The position numbers and the translations under genes were made by a program. From NCBI GenBank assembly GCA_964644035.1, contig CAZXUH010000001.1:3712-67711 (forward strand): a stretch of DNA of 64,000 nucleotides, read 5' to 3'. The DNA is from an uncultured Candidatus Saccharibacteria bacterium. GTDB taxonomy: Bacteria; Patescibacteriota; Minisyncoccia; Phycocordibacterales; DAORIS01. Under the pieces are notes generated by a model, which did no database searches, was not told the origin of the DNA, and saw only the letters and a program-made list of their open reading frames with translations. Shown in pieces: positions 49,492 through 57,410 of the stretch. Numbering within the stretch: position 1 is the first letter of the stretch; each line of letters opens with the position of its first letter.

Positions 49492-49782
49492 GTGACCCAG
49501 ATCTTTGATTCTCTTCGTAGTGATCCCGAACTTTCGCGTTTTCTTGACGATCTTGCTGTTTCAGCTACTGCACTCTACTCACTCTCTGCGGAGAGGGGGC
49601 AGATGCTGCAATCTAGGAAGACTCTGGAACCTGCATTTATTCAAAAGTTTCAAACACTTCGTGACGAATGCTGCGAAAAGCGACGTAAGCTGTTCGAGGC
49701 CATGGAGGCGAAGCGCCTTGAAGTTCCGAGTCATGTGAAGAAAATGCGCCTCATTCCTTTTTGTAAGTTGTACCGAAGTTAA
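49492..49782 (+). CDS. Small orphan protein, 96 aa, SD-led
   Basis: AAGGAGGT SD upstream of GTG; terminator immediately after. Confidence 0.55.
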   Translation: MTQIFDSLRSDPELSRFLDDLAVSATALYSLSAERGQMLQSRKTLEPAFIQKFQTLRDECCEKRRKLFEAMEAKRLEVPSHVKKMRLIPFCKLYRS

Positions 49783-49814
49783 GCGGATTCCCAAGGATGG
49801 GAGTCCGCTTTTTT
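49781..49814 (+). terminator. Intrinsic terminator with AGGA loop
   Basis: AAGCGGATTCCCA-AGGA-TGGGAGTCCGCTT followed by a T run. Confidence 0.85.
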
Positions 49815-49933
49815 GTATATTTACAAATCTTAATTTACATATTGTCAACAACGTTTTCTGGTTTAAAATGAGTAAAAAAGCGGTGGATTTTAATGAGTTT
49901 TTTTAGTAAAATAACAAGACTAAATTTAATACT

Positions 49934-52012
49934 ATGGCTACAGATTCCGACAAGGACAAAGAGAAGAAAGCCGCCAAAAAAGGCGGCTATAGTGCGGATG
50001 ATATTACCGTGCTCGAGGGTCTAGAACCGGTACGTAAGCGTCCTGGTATGTATATCGGTACTACTGGTCCCGATGGCTTTCATCATCTTGTCACCGAAAT
50101 CTTCGACAACTCTCGCGACGAAGCGATGGGTGGCTTTGCCAATGATATTGAGATCACTCTTTTGCCTGGCAATCGCGTACGTGTAGTCGACAATGGTCGC
50201 GGTATTCCAGTAGATATTCACAAACACACCAAGGTCTCGGCTCTTGAGACGATCATGACCACACTCCATGCTGGAGGTAAGTTTGGTGGCGAAGGATACA
50301 AGGTGTCTGGAGGTTTGCATGGTGTCGGTGCATCGGTCGTCAACGCTCTTTCTTCATATTGCCGAGTCGACGTACACCGCGATGGTGGCATACACATGCA
50401 GGAATATGCTCGAGGCAAGAAAAAATCTGCAGTCAAAAAGATCGGTAGCTCGAAGTTTACTGGTACGGTAGTTACTTTTGAACCAGATACAGAAATATTC
50501 GGCGTACAGACATTTGATTTTCATCGTGTTGTTACGCACATGCGTCAGCAGGCATATCTTGTAAAAGGTCTTCGTATTTCTGTGATTGATGCTCGAGAAT
50601 ATCCAGGTCAGATCGATATCGAAGATGTCATGTACTTCCGAGAACTGACACTTGAGGTTCCATCACAATCGTTTTATTTTGAGGGAGGACTTTTCTCACT
50701 CGTAAGATTTTACAACCAGCTCCTCAAGCCCATTCACAAGACTATTTTCTATGCAGAAAAGAAGACCAATGAATACGAATCAGTAGAAGTAGCATTGCAA
50801 TACGTTGATGATGTGACGTCACGTATCTTGCCCTTTGCCAACAATATCTACAATGCCGAGGGTGGTACGCATATTACCGGTTTCAAGACGGCACTGACTC
50901 GAACGCTCAATAGCTATGCAAAAAAGAACGGTATCGTAAAAGAAAGCGAAGACAACTTTACTGGAGATGACGTGCTCGAAGGTCTCACTGCTGTTATCTC
51001 GGTCAAGATCAGAGAAATTCAATTTGAAGGTCAGACCAAAGCGAAACTCGGTACTGTTGAAGCAAGGGCAATGGTGGAATCGGTCTTCGGCGATACATTC
51101 TCACAGTTCCTAGAAGAAAATCCAGACGATGCCAAGGCTATGGTTATGAAGTCTTTGCTTGCCCTCAAAGCTCGCAAGGCGGCAAAAGCTGCCAAAGACT
51201 CTGTGCTTCGTAAAGGTGCACTCGAAGGTATGAGTCTGCCTGGTAAGCTCGCTGACTGTCAGGCCAAGGATGCTGCAGAATCAGAAATATTTATTGTAGA
51301 GGGAGACTCTGCTGGAGGTACGGCCAAGACTGGTAGAGATCGTCGCACGCAAGCAGTCTTGCCACTTCGAGGAAAGATTCTCAATATCGAACGTGCTCGA
51401 CTCGATCGTATGCTTGGTTCTGAACAGATCAAAAATCTTGTCGTTGCCATGGGTACGGCTATCGGTGATACGTTTGATATTACAAAACTTCGTTATCACA
51501 AGGTGATTATTGCAACCGATGCCGACGTGGACGGCGCACACATTCGCACGCTTATCCTTACACTTTTGTATCGATACTTCCGACCGCTTATCGATGGAGG
51601 ATTTATTTATATTGCTCAGCCGCCTCTATATAAAATAAAGAAGGGTAAAGAAGTACTCTATGCCTACAGTGATGAACAGAAGGCAAAAATTGCCGGCAAA
51701 GACGCGCCGATCATAGAAGCTGCAGAAGAAAATTCTGAAGAAGGTGCTGAAGGCGAAGAAGCCGAAGCAGAATCAGCTAAGACTGCCGGCAAAGCAAAGA
51801 TTTCTATACAGCGTTACAAAGGTCTTGGAGAAATGAATGCTGAAGAGTTGTGGGAAACAACGATGGATCCTGCAAGGCGTATTCTCAAGCAGGTCAACAT
51901 CGAAGATGCTCAAGAGGCAGACAAAATATTTGATATGCTTATGGGCACCGACGTCCCAGCTCGCAAATCATTTATTCAGTCCAACGCTCAGAAAGCTAAT
52001 ATCGATTGGTAA
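49934..52012 (+). CDS. gyrB: DNA gyrase subunit B
   Basis: VRKRPGMYIG, DNGRGIP, SGGLHGVG, EGDSAGG, PLRGKILN, TDADVDG, RYKGLGEM. Confidence 0.95.
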   Translation: MATDSDKDKEKKAAKKGGYSADDITVLEGLEPVRKRPGMYIGTTGPDGFHHLVTEIFDNSRDEAMGGFANDIEITLLPGNRVRVVDNGRGIPVDIHKHTKVSALETIMTTLHAGGKFGGEGYKVSGGLHGVGASVVNALSSYCRVDVHRDGGIHMQEYARGKKKSAVKKIGSSKFTGTVVTFEPDTEIFGVQTFDFHRVVTHMRQQAYLVKGLRISVIDAREYPGQIDIEDVMYFRELTLEVPSQSFYFEGGLFSLVRFYNQLLKPIHKTIFYAEKKTNEYESVEVALQYVDDVTSRILPFANNIYNAEGGTHITGFKTALTRTLNSYAKKNGIVKESEDNFTGDDVLEGLTAVISVKIREIQFEGQTKAKLGTVEARAMVESVFGDTFSQFLEENPDDAKAMVMKSLLALKARKAAKAAKDSVLRKGALEGMSLPGKLADCQAKDAAESEIFIVEGDSAGGTAKTGRDRRTQAVLPLRGKILNIERARLDRMLGSEQIKNLVVAMGTAIGDTFDITKLRYHKVIIATDADVDGAHIRTLILTLLYRYFRPLIDGGFIYIAQPPLYKIKKGKEVLYAYSDEQKAKIAGKDAPIIEAAEENSEEGAEGEEAEAESAKTAGKAKISIQRYKGLGEMNAEELWETTMDPARRILKQVNIEDAQEADKIFDMLMGTDVPARKSFIQSNAQKANIDW

Positions 52013-52020
52013 GGGCAAAA

Positions 52021-52054
52021 TAAAAAGACCCCGCCATGTGGCGGGGTCTTTTTA
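52021..52054. terminator. Bidirectional terminator
   Basis: TAAAAAGACCCCGCCA-TG-TGGCGGGGTCTTTTTA between convergent genes. Confidence 0.88.
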
Positions 52055-52060
52055 TTAACC

Positions 52061-53485
52061 TTATTGATAGGCTGTGAAGTACGTTGAGGCTGAGTTATTG
52101 TTTTCGTTGGTCTCAGAAACCTGACTACCTGAATCTACTCGTACTGTCGCTGCATTGCTGCCTGTATTTCGAATATTGTCGAAAGCAAGAGTGTATTCCA
52201 TTGACTGACCAGCACCGAGCGATGTCTGAACATTTGAGGTGTATGAACTGTCTGTCGTGCTTGGAAGATCAGCGGTAAAGGTGTAGTTACCAGTTGCTTC
52301 ATTGCCAGTGTTGGTAACAACAAACTTCACAACGGCTCGTGCTGAGCGGGGAATCGAATAGGTAGGAATGAATGTACCATTGCTCATGTATCCAACAGAA
52401 GTAAACTGTACTGTAAGATCTTTGCCTGTGCCTGTTGATACTGGAGTGTTATTTGAATTGCCGCTTACAGAATAACTATAGACATTGTTTGCATATGTTG
52501 TTTCTGTAATCTGTTTATTTTCATTGACTGAGATGACTACAGTTCCGCCGTTGGTACTATTGTCGAAACCAAATGTGTATTCAACACGGTCGCCATTGGC
52601 GAGGGTAGGCTGAGCTGAAGAGTAATAAACCGGAGTGGTAGGACTTGGGCTGTTGACCTTGAAGTTCCATGTACCAGAATTTGTCTGACCAAGGTTGATG
52701 ACTTCAAAACGAATAGCTGGTCGTGATCCTGCTGGGACTGTTGCGCCAGGAGTGAAGGTATTTGACGCACTGATAGAACCAATACTGATAACTCGTACTG
52801 CGAGATCTACTCCTGTAACTGCTGGTTTTGTCGTAGGTTTTGGTGTTACAGGCTTTGCATTCGCACCATTGGACGTATTTGTATTGGTGTTGGTATTTGT
52901 CGAAGGTGTTGTAACAACAGTTACGGTGCTGCCATTGTTATTGGTATTTGTACCTCGTGGTGCAGACGTGCGCAGTGTAATGAGTGCGTCACCGACAAGT
53001 GTTGTCTGACCCTCATTGTCTTTAAAATTGAGGTAAAGGGGAACGTCAGTATCACGATCAAGAGAGCTGAAAAGTTTTACAGCAACAGTGTTGTCTGGAG
53101 TGAAGAAAAAGAAAGCAACATCGCAGGCAATAGGTTCGCCTGAATGGAACTGGGCACTAACGCCGTTTTTGCAAGGATAGGTAACGGTGTATGAACCATC
53201 GTTTCTGACATCACCATTCCACTTGAGCATGATTCTTTCGCCACTGACAGCTTCTGTTCTGTCGGCAGTAACAACGATCTTTTCTTTAGCCTTAAAGAGG
53301 GAAGAGATAGAAATGGTTTTGACTGAATCGATACCTCGAGGTACGAAGACGACGGTCAAAATCATAGCTAGTATAAGAGCAGCAAAAATTCCGAGGAGAA
53401 TAAGAGTCTTTTTGAAAGTCTCATTCTTCTTTTGTTTTTCTGCCTCCAAAATCTGCTCCTGCTCGTTGTTTTGCATTGTTTCCAT
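52061..53485 (-). CDS. Membrane-anchored surface protein with two CARDB-like Ig domains
   Basis: N-terminal TM, T/N/P linker, two DL.V...F.V.N.G...E.T..FDN...ET...NN repeats. Confidence 0.78.
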   Translation of the reverse strand: METMQNNEQEQILEAEKQKKNETFKKTLILLGIFAALILAMILTVVFVPRGIDSVKTISISSLFKAKEKIVVTADRTEAVSGERIMLKWNGDVRNDGSYTVTYPCKNGVSAQFHSGEPIACDVAFFFFTPDNTVAVKLFSSLDRDTDVPLYLNFKDNEGQTTLVGDALITLRTSAPRGTNTNNNGSTVTVVTTPSTNTNTNTNTSNGANAKPVTPKPTTKPAVTGVDLAVRVISIGSISASNTFTPGATVPAGSRPAIRFEVINLGQTNSGTWNFKVNSPSPTTPVYYSSAQPTLANGDRVEYTFGFDNSTNGGTVVISVNENKQITETTYANNVYSYSVSGNSNNTPVSTGTGKDLTVQFTSVGYMSNGTFIPTYSIPRSARAVVKFVVTNTGNEATGNYTFTADLPSTTDSSYTSNVQTSLGAGQSMEYTLAFDNIRNTGSNAATVRVDSGSQVSETNENNNSASTYFTAYQ

Positions 53486-53506
53486 ATTGATAATATTTAT
53501 TTGAGG

Positions 53507-53535
53507 ATTATATCAAACTAATATAGTAGTGTCAA
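53507..53535 (-). promoter_or_regulatory. Perfect sigma70 promoter TTGACA-17-TATAAT
   Basis: Exact consensus on the - strand upstream of 53485. Confidence 0.85.
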
Positions 53536-53543
53536 ACAATGTA

Positions 53544-53572
53544 TTGACTTTATCAAAAATATAGAGTATAAT
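53544..53572 (+). promoter_or_regulatory. Sigma70 promoter TTGACT-17-TATAAT
   Basis: Ends 6 nt before ATG 53579. Confidence 0.8.
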
Positions 53573-53578
53573 ATGTGT

Positions 53579-54484
53579 ATGAATAATTATATACCGCCGA
53601 ACCTTCCTGTATATATCGAAGATGAAGACCAGCTTACACCAGCTGTAGTTTTGCCTGCACTCGTCGTACACCCTCTTGGTCTCGACGCGGAAGTAATCCC
53701 TGCTCCAAAGGCTGTTCCATCTCTTAGTCTTATCGATTTCCTTTGGGAAAATAAGATAAAGATCGCTGTCAGCATCTTTGTCGTCTTTTTCTTTTCTTAT
53801 ACTGTAGTGGCTGCTTTTGGTTTCCTCCCGGAATCACTCATGCCTACACCTGATAAAAATAAGGTTAAAGAAAATACTATTGAAGTCAGCTCAATACAGA
53901 TTGAAGCTGTAGCTGAAACTCCTATAGTCGTAGCAACACCTACACCTAAAAAGATTGTCACAGCACCTAAAAAAGCTGCAGCTGTGACTACTACCGTACA
54001 ACCATCCACAACTGTCGCTCCTGTGGTAAAAGGTCAGGATCCTATTCGCGTCATCATCAATAAGATTGGTGTAGATACGATTGTCTCAAACCCTGCAAGC
54101 ACAAAGCCTGCAACACTCGATGAATATCTTAAGCGCGGAGCGGTGCGATATGCAGGATCAGCTGGTCTTGGTGGAGGCAATACCTTTATCTTCGCTCACA
54201 GTACCAACCATGCTGTGGTGGTGAATCAGGCATATAAGGCCTTTAATAATTTCGACAAGCTTGTTGCAGGGGATATGGTCACGGTCTATTCTATTGACCG
54301 AGTCTATACCTACAAGGTAGAACGTGTCCGATTGGCTCTTGCCGACGAACTCTATGTCGATCTTTCGACACATGCCAACATGATCACACTTTCGACGTGT
54401 AATACGTTTGGTAAAAAGGAGGAACGCTATGTCGTTGAGGCTTCATTTGTCTCCTCGGCTCCAATCGTAGAAAATACGATTTAA
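53579..54484 (+). CDS. Sortase
   Basis: TM anchor, Thr/Pro/Ala linker, catalytic His (IFAHS), Cys (ITLSTC) and Arg (ERYVV). Confidence 0.88.
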   Translation: MNNYIPPNLPVYIEDEDQLTPAVVLPALVVHPLGLDAEVIPAPKAVPSLSLIDFLWENKIKIAVSIFVVFFFSYTVVAAFGFLPESLMPTPDKNKVKENTIEVSSIQIEAVAETPIVVATPTPKKIVTAPKKAAAVTTTVQPSTTVAPVVKGQDPIRVIINKIGVDTIVSNPASTKPATLDEYLKRGAVRYAGSAGLGGGNTFIFAHSTNHAVVVNQAYKAFNNFDKLVAGDMVTVYSIDRVYTYKVERVRLALADELYVDLSTHANMITLSTCNTFGKKEERYVVEASFVSSAPIVENTI

Positions 54485-54495
54485 ATATAAGTAAT

Positions 54496-54529
54496 ATATA
54501 TTGACAAATGTCAATATATTTGATACAAT
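54496..54529 (+). promoter_or_regulatory. Promoter TTGACA-17-TACAAT with an 11-bp inverted repeat over the -35
   Basis: ATATATTGACA-AA-TGTCAATATAT at 54496-54519. Confidence 0.75.
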
Positions 54530-54548
54530 ACTTAAGTTAATAAAAATT

Positions 54549-56894
54549 ATGAAACGATATATGAAAAAGATACACACAGGCATCATTGTCATCGCAGCTT
54601 TCGTTGCGGTACTTGGACTTGTACATACGGGTGTCATTTCGACAAATATCGCCTACGCAACAGGCGATCATTCGACGTGTACTGATCCCAACCCTGAGCG
54701 TGACCTTAGCGGTTCACTTACGAACGCTGGTGGCGGTTCTATTACCAACAAATCATCGGTATGTTCATACCCAGTAGGTCTTGCATCATACAAGATGTTT
54801 AATTCCAACATTGCTACTCAGATTCTTATCGATAGCGATTTGAAAACTATTGCTCCAAAATCAACCGTTACGTTTACCGTTGATATTCCTGCCTGTGCAT
54901 ACCAGATCGACCTTTTCTATGGTGATCTTATCGTCTCATTTGCAAATGGTGCGCGTTATAGCGATCGTCTCCTTGCTGCAGAACAGCGTGGAAAGGATAA
55001 CTATTGTGCGACCGAAACTCCTAAGCTTGAAATCACGAAGTCGGCCCCTTATTCTATTGAAAAGGGAAATGACATTGAATTTACCTTTACTGTAAAAAAT
55101 ACTGGTAATGTAGAAGCTAAGAATGTTGTCGTTACTGACTCTATTCAGGATGGTTTGACATATAAGTCTTCAAATCCTGCAAACACATGTTCTATTGTCG
55201 CAGGTCGCGTCAATGATATTGAATGTAATCTCGGTACGATTGCAGCCAATGCAACTAAGACATTTAAGGTAGTCTTTACTACTGCTTCAACACTCGCTTG
55301 TGATAGTAAAATTATCAACCGAGCCGAAGTCAAAGGTACATCTGTCTCAAAGGTAGATAGCAACACAACCGAAACAAAGGTTAAGTGTCATACAGAACCG
55401 TACACCTTTACTGTAGTGTGTGCTGCAAATGCAACACAGGTTACAACTGGTACAAACGTTGTCTGGACAGCTACCGACACTGCAACAGGTACGAAGACAT
55501 ACTCATGGTCTGGTACCAATGATCTCTCTGGTGCTACTTCAGTAGTCAATAAAACATATACTTCAGCTGGTACAAAAAATGCCACTGTAGAAGTGACGTC
55601 ACAGGGTGTTACTAAGTCTGCAACATGTAAGATTGTTGTTAAGACTCCTCCTGTGGTTCCAAATCCAACAGTAGTATGTACAGCAACTCCTTCATCTGCA
55701 AAGACAGGTGAGACAATCACATGGGGCTCTTCAGCAACAGGTGGTAGTGGTTCTGGTTATACATACTCATGGACTGGTACCAACGGTCTTTCAGCTTCAA
55801 CAGCTACAACAACCAAGGTATATACCACAACTGGTACTAAGACTGGTACAGTCACTGTTACCGATTCAAATGGTAAGACTGACTCTGCTCAGTGTTCAGT
55901 AACTATTACTGAAACTCCAGTGATTCCTAACGATCCTCAGGTTGTATGTGCAGCCAATCCTTCATCAGGAAACATTGGCACCAACGTTGTCTGGACTGCA
56001 ACAGCAACAGGTGGAAACAATGTCTACACTTATTCATGGTCAGGTACAGATGGTCTTTCAGCCACAACTGCAACTACATCTAAGACCTACACTACAGTAG
56101 GTACCAAGGATGCAACGGTTGTCGTTACTTCAAATGGCAAGACTGCCACATCTACATGTTCAATGAACATTACAACTCCTCCTGTTATCCCTCCACCATC
56201 ATCAACAGCAACATTTGACGCTGTCTGTGTAGTCAATCCTACAAACCCACGACTCAATGAAACAGTTACATTCCGAGTAGATCCATTTGGCGGTTCAAAT
56301 GAAGTCTATACGTACTCATGGTCAGGTGATGAACTTATATCTGGTACTGGTCAGTCTGTAAGCAAGGCTTATACGACAACTGGTGTTAAGGAAGCACGTG
56401 TTGTTATCACTTCAGGCAATCGTTCAATCACGAAGACATGTACTGTAACGATTTCAAATTCAAATGTTACGGTAACAACAATTCCAAACCAGGTTGCAGG
56501 TGTCTACCTTACACAGGTCCCTTATACTGGTCTCAAGGAAAATGCACTTATCGCTCTTGCGATCATGGCAGCTATCGGTTCTATGGGTCTCATTGCATTC
56601 ATGTATACAAAGAAGCGCAATGAATATGCCTATGCAGTAGCTTCAACCGCAGTTGAATCTAAAAAGATTCCTGCAGTTGATGCAGCAGCAGTACTTTCAA
56701 CAGCAGTCGAATCATATGCTCGCTCACAGAGCGCATCGATCTCAGCTGATGCTATTGAAGCAATTGTAAAGGCTTCAAATGGTAACGTTGATTGGGCAAA
56801 GGCTGTTATCAATCAGGTAGTATCAGCTCACAATCAGAATGATTGGACGCTCATCACTCTTGATTCAGTCCGAAAGATATACCCACACATCTAA
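54549..56894 (+). CDS. Secreted surface protein: DUF11-like domain, four PKD/Ig-like repeats, VPYTG sorting signal, TM and cytoplasmic extension
   Basis: LEITKS...F.V.NTG..A.NVVVTD; four C...YSW.G...Y...G.K...C units; VPYTG (56517-56531) followed by a hydrophobic stretch and KKR. Confidence 0.82.
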   Translation: MKRYMKKIHTGIIVIAAFVAVLGLVHTGVISTNIAYATGDHSTCTDPNPERDLSGSLTNAGGGSITNKSSVCSYPVGLASYKMFNSNIATQILIDSDLKTIAPKSTVTFTVDIPACAYQIDLFYGDLIVSFANGARYSDRLLAAEQRGKDNYCATETPKLEITKSAPYSIEKGNDIEFTFTVKNTGNVEAKNVVVTDSIQDGLTYKSSNPANTCSIVAGRVNDIECNLGTIAANATKTFKVVFTTASTLACDSKIINRAEVKGTSVSKVDSNTTETKVKCHTEPYTFTVVCAANATQVTTGTNVVWTATDTATGTKTYSWSGTNDLSGATSVVNKTYTSAGTKNATVEVTSQGVTKSATCKIVVKTPPVVPNPTVVCTATPSSAKTGETITWGSSATGGSGSGYTYSWTGTNGLSASTATTTKVYTTTGTKTGTVTVTDSNGKTDSAQCSVTITETPVIPNDPQVVCAANPSSGNIGTNVVWTATATGGNNVYTYSWSGTDGLSATTATTSKTYTTVGTKDATVVVTSNGKTATSTCSMNITTPPVIPPPSSTATFDAVCVVNPTNPRLNETVTFRVDPFGGSNEVYTYSWSGDELISGTGQSVSKAYTTTGVKEARVVITSGNRSITKTCTVTISNSNVTVTTIPNQVAGVYLTQVPYTGLKENALIALAIMAAIGSMGLIAFMYTKKRNEYAYAVASTAVESKKIPAVDAAAVLSTAVESYARSQSASISADAIEAIVKASNGNVDWAKAVINQVVSAHNQNDWTLITLDSVRKIYPHI

Positions 56895-56925
56895 AGTTGG
56901 GGCTAGCTCCTAAAATAATGTAAAG

Positions 56926-56957
56926 CAAAACCCGTCAGGATATCCTGACGGGTTTTG
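56926..56957. terminator. 32-bp perfect palindrome, terminator
   Basis: CAAAACCCGTCAGGATATCCTGACGGGTTTTG. Confidence 0.8.
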
Positions 56958-56970
56958 TGTTTTGAGTAAT

Positions 56971-57008
56971 AAAAACCCTCATCCATGAATGCGTAGAATG
57001 GATGAGGG
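56971..57008 (-). terminator. Intrinsic terminator of csrA
   Basis: CCCTCATCCAT/ATGGATGAGGG stem, T5 tract on the - strand. Confidence 0.75.
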
Positions 57009-57042
57009 GTGAGTAGCAGACAAAATTGGCCATTAGGTCATA

Positions 57043-57294
57043 CTACTTTTTTCTGTTAGAACAGCGTTTTTTCGGAATGATTTTTCCGAGGCCAGTAAGA
57101 TCTTCAGGTCTGACCTGCGCTGCAGCTTTGTTTTCGCGGCGAATTGCATCGTAGACTTCTTTGCGGTGAACGCTGATCTCTCTGGGAGCATTGATACCGA
57201 GACGCACTTTGTCGCCTCGGATATCAACGACGGTGACTTCGATGTCGTCACCGATCATAATGGTTTCGTCACGTTGACGGGAAAGCACGAGCAT
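57043..57294 (-). CDS. csrA: Carbon storage regulator CsrA/RsmA, RNA-binding translational regulator
   Basis: [47 protein letters not shown]; SD AAGGAGGT. Confidence 0.95.
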   Translation of the reverse strand: MLVLSRQRDETIMIGDDIEVTVVDIRGDKVRLGINAPREISVHRKEVYDAIRRENKAAAQVRPEDLTGLGKIIPKKRCSNRKK

Positions 57295-57366
57295 TCTACA
57301 CCTCCTTGTGGTAGGTCTTAAAAAATCCTTGTTTCCTGCCAACACGGCGAGGAACTTATGTTCAAC

Positions 57367-57394
57367 ATACTACAACATTTTTAAAAAAATGCAA
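57367..57394 (-). promoter_or_regulatory. Putative csrA promoter TTGCAT-16-TAGTAT
   Basis: Hexamers about 70 nt upstream of the csrA ATG. Confidence 0.55.
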
Positions 57395-57410
57395 GGGGTA
57401 GGGGTGGTGT

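Noticed and set aside
55400-56450. Repeated TACTCATGG-containing units
   Set aside because: Explained by tandem Ig-like domain duplication in the CDS
56899-56912. GGGGCTAGCTCC resembles a tRNA-Ala or tmRNA 5' end
   Set aside because: No T-arm (GTTCGA), cloverleaf or matching acceptor 3' strand
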